From a virus (taxonomy: Duplodnaviria; Caudoviricetes), in IMG/VR virus record IMGVR_UViG_3300006105_000085, positions 1-28,919 of that record: a DNA stretch of 28,919 bases; one strand, given 5' to 3'. How positions within the stretch are numbered: position 1 is the stretch's first letter; every line of letters starts with the position of its first letter. Made by a program: the position numbers and the translations under genes. Under the pieces are notes generated by a model. The model was not told the DNA's origin. It worked only from the letters and a program-made list of their open reading frames with translations, and did no database searches. Of this stretch, positions 1 to 9,373 are shown piece after piece.

Positions 1-120
1 ACCAGCTAGTACACCAGCTAGTACACCAGCTAGTACACCAGCTAGTACACCAGCTAGTACACCAGCTAGTACACCAGCTAGTACACCAGCTAGTACACCA
101 GCTAGTACACCAGCTAGTAC
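1..120 (+). repeat. 12-bp tandem repeat (ACCAGCTAGTAC)x10, coding (Pro-Ala-Ser-Thr)n; truncated by window start
   Basis: Ten exact copies; frame 2 reads CCA GCT AGT ACA with no stop and is in frame with ORF 146..829. Confidence 0.95.
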
Positions 121-829
121 TAGCACCGGCACATCGACAGGAACGGTGGCTGGTACAGCGGCAGGATTAACTGGATTAGGATTATTAGGAACAACACCAA
201 CATTAGGAGGCATCCCGTTGCCAACAGCTAAGACAATTAAGGGTACGCAGATCGCCTCACCGTTGGCGTCAAGGTATGATATACCGGTAGAAACGTATCA
301 ACAACCCACGTACAATCCACAGTCTTTAGCCGAAATTCAAAACGCTAAAGAGGGCGGACTAATGCACATGGCTGAGGGTGGCTTTCCTGCGGCTCAAGGC
401 TTAATGAAGGGCCAACACGTTGGACACTCTAACCTGTTTGGTCTGCACGGAGCACAGCTAGCCGTCGCACCACACTTAGCAACTGGTGGCGAAATGGCTT
501 TTGAAGACCGCACGCTACCAGAGGGGCACAACCCACAATTCTTTAGCGAGGGTGGATTGAACGCCATCCATCACCGCTACGTAACTGGTGACGGAGACGG
601 TACTAGCGACTCTATTCCAGCGATGCTAGCAAACGGTGAGTTTGTTATTCCCGCTGATGTGGTATCATCACTGGGTAACGGCAGCAACGATAGTGGCGCC
701 AAGGTACTAGACGAGTTTTTAAAGACTATCAGAGAGCACAAGCGTAAGGCAGACGCTAAACATCTACCACCCGACAGCAAGGGCGCGTTGGGTTATCTAT
801 TAGAAGCAAAAAGAAAAGCGAGAGCATAA
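2..829 (+). CDS. 5'-truncated virion-associated protein with (PAST)n linker, repeated xxxGG motifs and a GDGTSDSIPAMLANGEFV motif
   Basis: Frame open from nt 2 to stop at 829, so GTG 146 is probably not the true start. The GxGxGTSDSIPAxLxNGEFV motif is typical of phage tape-measure/internal virion proteins; TAATG overlap with next gene. Confidence 0.75.
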   Translation, partial: PASTPASTPASTPASTPASTPASTPASTPASTPASTPASTSTGTSTGTVAGTAAGLTGLGLLGTTPTLGGIPLPTAKTIKGTQIASPLASRYDIPVETYQQPTYNPQSLAEIQNAKEGGLMHMAEGGFPAAQGLMKGQHVGHSNLFGLHGAQLAVAPHLATGGEMAFEDRTLPEGHNPQFFSEGGLNAIHHRYVTGDGDGTSDSIPAMLANGEFVIPADVVSSLGNGSNDSGAKVLDEFLKTIREHKRKADAKHLPPDSKGALGYLLEAKRKARA

Positions 830-1875
830 TGGCAACAACTGGATCTTCTGGATTAAACAACGCACTACAAAGCACTGCGGTTACTCAGACCACACTGCCA
901 AGTTGGTACGACACAGCCCAACAAAATATTATTAACCAAGCTGGTACTGCGCAGCAAGCCGCACCACAGTTTCAGAACACTGCTGCTCAGGGCGCGGTTA
1001 ACACCCTGCAAGGTGCTGCTAATCCATTTACGCAGTCTCAGGGAACACTAAACACGATTGCTCAAGGAGCTGCTAATCCTTGGATTACTGACCCGACTAC
1101 TGGCGCCGTAACACCAAACACCAACACTGCCTTAGGTGGTTTGTTTTCTGCTCAGCAAAACCAACTAAACACCATGCTGCCCTCGCTTACCTCAGGCGCA
1201 GAAGGTGCAGCAATTGGCTCGGGTAACTTTGGTAGCCTACGTGGCCAAACAGCGGTTGACACCGCTAAGACACAAGCCCTCGCTAACTTACAAGCTCAAC
1301 AAATGCAGTCCGCGTTACAAAACCAGCAGACCGGTGTTTCTGCGGCCACTGGTTTGGGTAACGTGGGTGCACAGGGTATTACTTCTGGCCTAACCACCGG
1401 CGCGGCGCAGATGAACGCCCCGTTCCAAGGTGTAACTAATTACGCCAACTTAGTAAACTCAGTAAACGCACCAACTACTGCATCACAACAAACTCAAAAC
1501 TCTGCGCTGCAAGCTGCTACTCAGCTTGGCACTGCATTCAATGGTGGTTTATCTGCGTTAAACAATACTGCAGCCGGTAAGAGCCTTCTACAGTCTTTAG
1601 GTTTGGATAAGTTAGTAGCCGGTAGCGCAACAAGCGGAGCATTGCCAAGTGGTGTTCCAACTGGCGCCACTTTAGACCCTAACCAAAGTGGAAACTACAT
1701 CTATAATGGTCAAACATATAAACCGGACGGAACGTTAATTGACACTAGCGGTAGCGTGTCTTCCGGTGGGGCTAATGCTATAAACGCAACAATAGATCCA
1801 AATACAGGTAACGTTTCAACAGATTCAAACCAATCTGGATCTATTTATGACCCTAATGCTTACGGTGCAGGTTAA
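829..1875 (+). CDS. Putative DNA ejection/pilot (internal virion) protein, Q/T/A/G/N-rich
   Basis: 348-aa ORF, low charge, AQQ/GNFGS-type low-complexity segments typical of podovirus ejection proteins; lies in a cluster of large virion genes. Confidence 0.6.
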   Translation: MATTGSSGLNNALQSTAVTQTTLPSWYDTAQQNIINQAGTAQQAAPQFQNTAAQGAVNTLQGAANPFTQSQGTLNTIAQGAANPWITDPTTGAVTPNTNTALGGLFSAQQNQLNTMLPSLTSGAEGAAIGSGNFGSLRGQTAVDTAKTQALANLQAQQMQSALQNQQTGVSAATGLGNVGAQGITSGLTTGAAQMNAPFQGVTNYANLVNSVNAPTTASQQTQNSALQAATQLGTAFNGGLSALNNTAAGKSLLQSLGLDKLVAGSATSGALPSGVPTGATLDPNQSGNYIYNGQTYKPDGTLIDTSGSVSSGGANAINATIDPNTGNVSTDSNQSGSIYDPNAYGAG

Positions 1876-1887
1876 TAGGAATAAATT

Positions 1888-3792
1888 ATGCTAGAAGATA
1901 ATCAACCAGGATTAGATAGTTTAAGTGGTGGTACGGTTCAGGTAAAACCCACAACTGCACCGGGTATGCCAAGCGTTGCTGGTACTGTGCCACTTAGCCC
2001 GGCTCAAACTGCAGAGCTTGTAGCTAACATGCAAAAAATGATGGGTGAGCGTACTGGCTTTTTGCCAACGCTTATGGGCGGTTTTAAAGATGCGCTAGCT
2101 GTCGGCCAAGGCGCTGGTGCAACTGCTGAACGTGATCGTCAAAAGCTTTTAGAACAGCAACAATTGTTAGGTATGCAAAACACCATTGCAAGCTACAAAG
2201 CATCTGCAGAACAAAACGAAATATCTAAAAAGCGTTTTGAAAACTTAATGTCTGGCACTGGAACCATTCCGGGTGTTAAGGGAACCCCTTCACAACAATC
2301 TAGTATTTTAAATGATCCAGATGTTAAACTTCAGTTAGCTAATACACAAGATTGGGATTATACCACTAAAGAAGCAATTTTACGTGAAGCGGCTAAAACA
2401 CATTTTGGCTATTCTGCTAAATCACAATTTGATGCGCCAGCTAACAAACAAGAAGATACTTGGTTTGGTCCGCTTAACAAGACTTTACACATTTCTACTA
2501 ACGAAGCCAATGCGTACAAAGCTACTGGCGAACTACCTATCACCGTTAATGAAGCTGATCGTAAAGCTGCAAAAGCTTTATGGTCACAACAAAACGCTGC
2601 ACCAACTACTACCACTGCTGCTCCTACAATGCCGGGAACTGCAGTTAAAACTGCCACAGATCTTAACATACCTATTATTAGTGGTGATCGTGATATTGCC
2701 AAACAAACTGATTTAAAACAAGCAAGTTTGCAACCTGGCTACAAAGGACCACCTGTTGCAGCTCCAGGAACTAGTCAGCATGAGTTTGGTAATGCAATTG
2801 ATATTGAGCCTAAAGATTACGCAGCTGCAAGAGCCGCCGGGTTTATTCAACCATTCCCACAAAAAGATCCTAACCATTGGGAATTACCGGGAGCTAGAAC
2901 TAACGCACCAGCTGCAGTAGCTAAACCTACAGTAACCCCACCACAAACAACTATTCCAGGTCAACGTGCGGAATTACAGGCAACAACAGCTCCGGTTCGT
3001 CCTCAGTTCTCGGGCCCAGAAGAAGAGAAACAATGGGTTGCTAGAGAAAATGCAAGACAAATGGCAATTATTGATGCACTCAAAGCTGAAAAAACTCGTG
3101 GAGCTGAAAAAGCGGGTGATCGTCAGGCGGCCATGATTGATAACGCAGAAAAATCAAGACAAATGGAAGACGCAGCAGATGCTATTATTTCGATTGCTTC
3201 TAATCCTAAATACCAAAACATAACTGGTATTGCTAAACAAGGTATTATCAGTAGCTTTCCTTCTGCACTTGCTAACATACAACAATTTCGTGGTAAGAGT
3301 GAAAAGGATGCTGAAGAACAAGCAGCAAAATGGCTCTCTTCTGAAGAACAAAGTGTTCGTGATATTTTAGCAACACAGGCAGCTCAATTAGGTGTTGATT
3401 ACGCAGCGCAAATTTTCCACGGTGCTCGTATGGGTATTGGATTGGAAAACATGGCTATGCGTACCAAAGGTGTTGGTCCTGAGTATTTACCAGAAACCAA
3501 TATTATCAATGCTAAAGTTATTAAAGAAGGTGCTATATTTAATAGAGCCAAAAAACAACTTTGGGTTGATTGGAAAGCAACTCATGGTGGCGATAGCGCA
3601 AGCTACGCTGACTTTGAAAATGACCCAACATACAGAAAATTGGAAGACGATACCCGTGGTAAATTAGCTAAAATAGCTCCAACTATTTTCAAAGTAAACG
3701 ACGATACCAGAACAGATGGTAAAACCTTTAGTCATGTAACTACACCAGCAGCATCATCTAAATTTGACGAATTCCGTAAAAAGGGTCAGTAA
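1888..3792 (+). CDS. Putative internal virion protein with central Peptidase M15 (VanY/D,D-peptidase-like Zn) peptidoglycan hydrolase domain
   Basis: 634 aa; ISGDR...AAPGTSQHEFGNAIDI...DPNHWEL matches the M15 SxHxxGxAxD and (D/E)xxH Zn ligands, flanked by P/T/A linkers; RBS AGGA upstream. Confidence 0.75.
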   Translation: MLEDNQPGLDSLSGGTVQVKPTTAPGMPSVAGTVPLSPAQTAELVANMQKMMGERTGFLPTLMGGFKDALAVGQGAGATAERDRQKLLEQQQLLGMQNTIASYKASAEQNEISKKRFENLMSGTGTIPGVKGTPSQQSSILNDPDVKLQLANTQDWDYTTKEAILREAAKTHFGYSAKSQFDAPANKQEDTWFGPLNKTLHISTNEANAYKATGELPITVNEADRKAAKALWSQQNAAPTTTTAAPTMPGTAVKTATDLNIPIISGDRDIAKQTDLKQASLQPGYKGPPVAAPGTSQHEFGNAIDIEPKDYAAARAAGFIQPFPQKDPNHWELPGARTNAPAAVAKPTVTPPQTTIPGQRAELQATTAPVRPQFSGPEEEKQWVARENARQMAIIDALKAEKTRGAEKAGDRQAAMIDNAEKSRQMEDAADAIISIASNPKYQNITGIAKQGIISSFPSALANIQQFRGKSEKDAEEQAAKWLSSEEQSVRDILATQAAQLGVDYAAQIFHGARMGIGLENMAMRTKGVGPEYLPETNIINAKVIKEGAIFNRAKKQLWVDWKATHGGDSASYADFENDPTYRKLEDDTRGKLAKIAPTIFKVNDDTRTDGKTFSHVTTPAASSKFDEFRKKGQ

Positions 3793-6700
3793 TGGGCGAT
3801 ACGTTCGACTATAAAGCATCTCTAGAAAAATATGGCCCTGAAGAAACCGCAAAGTTTCTTGCAGAACAGCACGGTATTGATCGTGATGCTTACTTAAAAT
3901 CAAACCACACTGATGAGGATTTTATCAATGAGTTTGGTCCTAAAGTACTACCGGCGCCACAACAAACTCAAGAACAGCCGGTTGGTCGTTCTAGTGACGT
4001 TAGCCCAGTTGCTGGTGCTGCGGTTGGTGCTTTGGCTGGTATCCCAGTTGGCGGAACAATTGCTGGCAAATATACGCTGTTTGATACGGCTAAATCTTCT
4101 ATGCCGCTTATTAAAGCTTATTTGGAATCAAAAAAAGAAAAGTTTGCTGGCGCACCAAAACCATCTGTTGAGGTTATCAATCCAAGCACTGGTTCTGCGG
4201 TTAGTCAAGTTGACGAAGCTTTAACTAAAGGCTTGTCTAACGAAATATCACAACAAACTAGAACAGCACAACGTGCAGCCGCTGCAGAAGAAGCAGCAAA
4301 AGTTGCAAAAGGTGCTGGACTTAACCCGAGTAGACCATTAATAGATTTTGGTAATCCATATGCTACTAAAGCTGGCATTATTATTGAAGGGGATACCGCT
4401 AGAAAATTGGCTGAAGAGGGTGTGCTTAATCGCCCTCCTCCGCTAACCAAAGCACAAGAAGAAGCTAAGATTGTTGCAGAAGCCCAAGAACGTGCAAGAC
4501 AATACCTTGCATCTAAAGGTGTTGCTGAAACTGCTGAAGCAACTCCAGTGGCTAAATCGTTGCTCAATAAAACTGGTGATGTTGCTAAGTTCATTGGCTC
4601 CCCAACAGGTGTTGGTGGCAAAGTTTTAAATACTGTATTGCCGGTAGCTTCTTTGGGCGCGGCGGGTATGGACTTTGCTGATGCGTATAACCGCTGGCAG
4701 CATGGTGATAGATCTCGCGCTGTTATTAGTGCGCTAGGTGGTATTGGTTCTGCTATGACAGTTATTCCAACACCGCTTACTCGTGGTGTGGGCACAGCAT
4801 TGTCTTTAGGTGCTCCGGCTATTAACTATGCAATTGATAAGACTTATGGTCGTTCTGGTTACGCACAGGGTGGTGCTGTTGCTCCAGCTAACTATTTAGC
4901 CGAAGGAGAGCAACCAGAACCTACACTGGGTCAAGCAGCCACCAATATTTATCAAGGGCTTACAAACCCAAAACAGTTGGCCGCAACCGGAGAGGCTCTA
5001 GGAAGACTTAGACAATCCATTCCGGGTGTGGCTGAATCTGTAGTTCGTGGTGCTGTAGCAGCTGTTCCTGGAGTGTTTGGTGACATTGAAGAATTGGGTC
5101 GTACGGGTATTAACGCGTTTCAAACCAATTTGGGAAAATTAACTGGTACTAATCAGGGTATGGTTTCTCCTGAAGCAAAACTACCAACAACTCGTGATAT
5201 TTTAAATTACGTTCCTCGCATGACACCAACTCACGAAGGTGCACAAACGCTTGAAGATGTTGGTTCATTTATTGGTCCTGGAATAGGTGGGCTGGCTAAA
5301 GATACTGCTATGCTAACCAAAGGTTTGCCGGTTGGTTTGTCTATCCAAGATGTTAGCAAAGGTCGTGTATTTGCGCCTAAGAATGAATTGGGTGCGTATT
5401 CTGCTTTGGAAGAAGCTGCGCTTAACCTTAAGCAAAACAAAGGCACTGGCGATCAACTATACAACATGCTTGTCAAAGAGCCGGGTGTTAAGCAAGAAGA
5501 AATTCAGCACCGTGGTTTAGATGCACTGCTTAAAGGCAATACAGAGCCAGTGACCAAAGAAAGCATTTTGGCTCATCTACAAGAAAATCCCCCACACAAA
5601 ATTACCGAGACCAAATTAGGTGAAAACTATGCTGGTGAGCGTGAGCCAGACTACGATACTGCTATTGACAATTTTCATAATGATTGGCGTAATGCTGAAT
5701 TAGATGATGACGCTATGAATGCTGAATACAATTATCGTAGATACGATGATACGGATTGGCATGACCAGCGTAGACAAGAATATAAGGAAGAGCACGGATT
5801 AGATGATGAAGCTTTTGATGCAGATCCAGCTCACCAAGAAAACGTAAATGAAATTATTGCCCAAGATGCTCAAGCTAGCGCCGAGGATTATGGTCCTTAT
5901 GTAATCCGTCATCGTAACCATGATTATGAAATTCGCGGCAATAATTGGGGCGATATTGAATTGCATGGCCCAGAAGGACATATTGATAATTATCGTAATA
6001 TAGATGAGGCCAGACAAGCTGCAGCTTCACACGCTTTAGACCACGGTATCATTGAGCCAGAATATTATGATGAGGGCCCTGGTGCGTCTCAATATCATGG
6101 TTATGTGGGCTCAGGAAACGGTAACTATGAAGAGCAACTGTTCCATTATGAAAACCCGGGAACTCGTTATGATGCACCACACTTTCATGACGACAATCAA
6201 AATGAAAATCTGCTGATGCACATGCGTCGTCAAGATGCTGAGAACCCGTTGGGTCAAAAACTACTAAAGTTAGAAGAACAGCAATCTGACTGGCATCAAA
6301 AAGGTCGTGACAAAGGCTACCACAATCCAGCTATGGATCAAATGGTTCTTGATTTAAATGCTGAAAAAATAAGGGCATTGGAAGATGCTAAACCTTGGAC
6401 AGACCAAGGGAAAGATGCGCCACAGGAAATTCAAGACAGATTTACAGCTGCAGATGAAAAATTGCAAGTATTAAAACGAAAATTATCTAGTGTGGTTCCA
6501 GATGCCCCCTTCAAAAAGAACTGGAATGAGTTTTTAATGAAGAAAGCGTTGCATGATGCTGCTGTGGGTGGTTACGATAAGTTGGCTTGGACAACAGGAA
6601 AAACCCAAGCTCAACGTTATAACAAAATGTTAGCTGATAATGTTAGTGAAATCCACTATACAAAAACACCACAAGGTCATTATGTAATTGCATTCAAAAG

Positions 6701-7232
6701 ACCTGGTGAAACATCATTTACCCCGTACCAAAATTCAATTGGTGAAGATGCACTAAAAGACCATTTTGGTGAGCATATTGCTGATCAAATTAAAAATAAC
6801 ACTGGTGAAACAATACCATACTTAACCCACCATCCGGAAGGTACTGCGGCTCTTCGTGATATGGGAACTTCAGGGTATCATTTTAAAACTCCGGGAGAGA
6901 TGGAAACTTTTACGGGTTTTGGAAACTCTCCTGAAGAAGCTAAAGCAGATTTAATTAAAACCATTCCAAGACTAGCAGATAAACATATTATCAAAGGTGA
7001 AAATATGTCCTTTGGTTCTGGTAAAGGTATGCAGGGCTTTTATGACAAAATGCAAGCTGATTTCTTAAACAAGTTTGCTAAAAAACATGGTCAAAAAGTA
7101 CACCAAGATCAAGTGCTTGGTAATATGAATCCTGAGACTGTTAATGCGTTGACCATCACTCCTGAGATGCGAGCAGAACTCATGGAGCGTGGTTTCCCGA
7201 TGTACAAAAAAGGTGGTATTGTTAAAAAGTAA
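3792..7232 (+). CDS. Large multidomain (polyvalent-type) virion/ejection protein
   Basis: 1146-aa ORF; Gly/Ala-rich hydrophobic helices in the N-half, acidic D/E/H/Y segment, C-terminal QSDWHQxGR...VPDAPFK...GYD domain recalled from large phage virion proteins; ends MYKKGGIVKK. Confidence 0.65.
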   Translation: MGDTFDYKASLEKYGPEETAKFLAEQHGIDRDAYLKSNHTDEDFINEFGPKVLPAPQQTQEQPVGRSSDVSPVAGAAVGALAGIPVGGTIAGKYTLFDTAKSSMPLIKAYLESKKEKFAGAPKPSVEVINPSTGSAVSQVDEALTKGLSNEISQQTRTAQRAAAAEEAAKVAKGAGLNPSRPLIDFGNPYATKAGIIIEGDTARKLAEEGVLNRPPPLTKAQEEAKIVAEAQERARQYLASKGVAETAEATPVAKSLLNKTGDVAKFIGSPTGVGGKVLNTVLPVASLGAAGMDFADAYNRWQHGDRSRAVISALGGIGSAMTVIPTPLTRGVGTALSLGAPAINYAIDKTYGRSGYAQGGAVAPANYLAEGEQPEPTLGQAATNIYQGLTNPKQLAATGEALGRLRQSIPGVAESVVRGAVAAVPGVFGDIEELGRTGINAFQTNLGKLTGTNQGMVSPEAKLPTTRDILNYVPRMTPTHEGAQTLEDVGSFIGPGIGGLAKDTAMLTKGLPVGLSIQDVSKGRVFAPKNELGAYSALEEAALNLKQNKGTGDQLYNMLVKEPGVKQEEIQHRGLDALLKGNTEPVTKESILAHLQENPPHKITETKLGENYAGEREPDYDTAIDNFHNDWRNAELDDDAMNAEYNYRRYDDTDWHDQRRQEYKEEHGLDDEAFDADPAHQENVNEIIAQDAQASAEDYGPYVIRHRNHDYEIRGNNWGDIELHGPEGHIDNYRNIDEARQAAASHALDHGIIEPEYYDEGPGASQYHGYVGSGNGNYEEQLFHYENPGTRYDAPHFHDDNQNENLLMHMRRQDAENPLGQKLLKLEEQQSDWHQKGRDKGYHNPAMDQMVLDLNAEKIRALEDAKPWTDQGKDAPQEIQDRFTAADEKLQVLKRKLSSVVPDAPFKKNWNEFLMKKALHDAAVGGYDKLAWTTGKTQAQRYNKMLADNVSEIHYTKTPQGHYVIAFKRPGETSFTPYQNSIGEDALKDHFGEHIADQIKNNTGETIPYLTHHPEGTAALRDMGTSGYHFKTPGEMETFTGFGNSPEEAKADLIKTIPRLADKHIIKGENMSFGSGKGMQGFYDKMQADFLNKFAKKHGQKVHQDQVLGNMNPETVNALTITPEMRAELMERGFPMYKKGGIVKK

Positions 7233-9164
7233 TCACTTCTTATAACGCTTACTAACCCAGCCCTCTGCGGCTAGTGGAAAGTCAGGCGCCCATGATGGCG
7301 GTGTGGTCATAATGTACATGACATCATTCTCCAGCGCTTCTTCTGCTTTATCTTCATCAAATAGGAGCAACACCTCATCATGGATAGAATTGATTATCTC
7401 ATAGCCATTCTTTTCCAAATTGAGCATTGCATTAGCCAAGAAATCTCTCGCTGTACCCTGAACTGCAGATTGGAAGATACTACTACCAATCAAAGTATTT
7501 CTACTCCATTGACGAGTATAGGTGTTTTGGCTATGAACCGTGACACCCATCTTTTCACTACCCCATGGTGTGGTGAGCAACTCGAGCTGTGGCCTTTGCC
7601 AGCAGATCAAACGACCTGACGGTAGTTTCATCCATAGTACATTTTTCGCCATCTTCAACACCAATTTACTTCCCGCTTGAAACGGTATACCGGGATTCTG
7701 AATTGCGTCAGTCGCAGCAGCTTCGCATGCTGCCCAAAGCCATTTCACCTTTGAATATGAACTGCGGTAATTATTTACTGCGTTCATGGCTTCTCCCTCC
7801 GTCAGTTTGACCCCCATCCCCTCAGCATACTTAACAAGACCTTTAGCTCCTTGACCAAACATCGCACCGAGGACAGCTGATTTGCTGATCTGACGTTGAT
7901 CCTTCGTGACTTGATCATAGCCGATTCTATACAGGCTTTCTGCAGCAAAGACTTTATACTCATCTAATCCCTTTCTAAACAGTTCAACTTTATCTTTTTG
8001 CCCAGCCAAGTACACGCCAACTCGGTTTTCAATTGAGCTAAAATCCACGTCAACGAAGGTCTTGCCTTGTGGGGCCACGATCGCGGATCTGACGAGGCTT
8101 GATAATTCTTGCATCGTACCAACTCCTTCATTAAATACGCTTGGTATTGCAAGTTCAATTTCTTCATCCGAGATTGTGGGACGAGCAATATTTTGTAGAT
8201 TGAGCCCACCACGGCTCGCCCAGCGGCCAGTACTAGCGCCATGATATACCAGTGTATTCCTAATCCGTCCTTCACGTTGTATCTCCATCATCTTAGCGTA
8301 CTTAGCCACGCTAGTTTGGCTTCCTTCTTGGCGTAATTCTAACACACGACGCACAGTGCCCTTTATGTTAGTATCCACTAACTTAGCTGAAACGGTCTCG
8401 GCGGTCATATCGTCAATCAACAAACCCCTATCACGTACCCACTTAAGCAATTTAGCCCTCTCAGACGGCTTACAACCGGTCAAGGCGACGCATTCATTGT
8501 CGATGGCATCCTGTGCCCTTACCACAGCCAAGACAGCGTTATGGAGCTCCTGTGGATCGACTGGTACGCCTCTTAGGTTGATGCGCTGGGTGAGGTACCA
8601 GATCTCCTGTTCGGAGGCTGTAAGGGGCCTTAAAACGCTTCCTATAGCCATTTCTGTACGTACGTCTTGGGAGCAATAACGGAACAACTCTTCCATAAGC
8701 ATAGGATCGTTATTAAACTTTCCGTCTTTTTTGGGTTTACAAAGTTTTTGAATTAAAAATCTGCCACGGGGGTCTTTTTGGTGTTCTGCATCCATAAACA
8801 CGCCAGCATCATCCAATGATTGTGGTATGTTATTGGCCGCGGCAATAGCCATGGAGTCAATGCACTGCTCCAGCTTTAGTGGTGGCCAGCCGTACTTAGG
8901 CACACAGACGCAGTTCCAGATGGCGTACTCGAACATGGCGTTCCATGCTTGGATTTTGCCACCGCGTTTGACGTGCGCCAACAAAAACATTAGGTCTTCG
9001 TTTGAGGGGTCAACTCGGGGTTTTGTAACAATAACGGAATCGGTTGCAGGGTTACCGAACGCAATACACAACACTTCTGTTGTGTCGTCGTTGGCGTAGA
9101 TGTCTAGCCCTTGGTCGACTAGGTCGATGTGGCTGCGTGTTTCAAAATCAATGCTATAAATCAT
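7233..9164 (-). CDS. polA: Phage family A DNA polymerase with 3'-5' exonuclease domain
   Basis: ExoI IDFETRS; motif A VDFSSIENRV; motif B RQISKSAVLGAMFG; motif C IHDE; STGRWAS; RBS AAGGAG. Confidence 0.95.
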   Translation of the reverse strand: MIYSIDFETRSHIDLVDQGLDIYANDDTTEVLCIAFGNPATDSVIVTKPRVDPSNEDLMFLLAHVKRGGKIQAWNAMFEYAIWNCVCVPKYGWPPLKLEQCIDSMAIAAANNIPQSLDDAGVFMDAEHQKDPRGRFLIQKLCKPKKDGKFNNDPMLMEELFRYCSQDVRTEMAIGSVLRPLTASEQEIWYLTQRINLRGVPVDPQELHNAVLAVVRAQDAIDNECVALTGCKPSERAKLLKWVRDRGLLIDDMTAETVSAKLVDTNIKGTVRRVLELRQEGSQTSVAKYAKMMEIQREGRIRNTLVYHGASTGRWASRGGLNLQNIARPTISDEEIELAIPSVFNEGVGTMQELSSLVRSAIVAPQGKTFVDVDFSSIENRVGVYLAGQKDKVELFRKGLDEYKVFAAESLYRIGYDQVTKDQRQISKSAVLGAMFGQGAKGLVKYAEGMGVKLTEGEAMNAVNNYRSSYSKVKWLWAACEAAATDAIQNPGIPFQAGSKLVLKMAKNVLWMKLPSGRLICWQRPQLELLTTPWGSEKMGVTVHSQNTYTRQWSRNTLIGSSIFQSAVQGTARDFLANAMLNLEKNGYEIINSIHDEVLLLFDEDKAEEALENDVMYIMTTPPSWAPDFPLAAEGWVSKRYKK

Positions 9165-9197
9165 AAATGCTCCTTAGGCAAGCCAACGTATTGGCGG

Positions 9198-9340
9198 TTT
9201 TGTTGACAATAGTTTACAGTATAAACATATTTGTTGACATATGTCGAAGAAAATTAATTTTATCGACATGTTTGTTGACAAAATCTTACATCTTTACATT
9301 TTTTCCTACAAAACAGTACTTTAACATACTTTTTTATACA
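9198..9340. repeat. AT-rich intergenic array of (T)TGTTGACA / TNNACA-like boxes with an imperfect palindrome
   Basis: TTGACA at 9203, 9234 and 9275, plus about 8 degenerate boxes mostly 8-14 bp apart; inverted repeat ATGTCGA..TCGACAT at 9241-9269. Confidence 0.6.
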
Positions 9341-9341
9341 T

Positions 9342-9369
9342 AAAAAAGGGGAGCTATGCAAGCCTCCCC
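9342..9369 (-). terminator. Rho-independent terminator
   Basis: - strand GGGGAGGCTTGCATAGCTCCCC followed by TTTTTT, just after the DUF1289 gene stop. Confidence 0.8.
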
Positions 9370-9373
9370 AATA

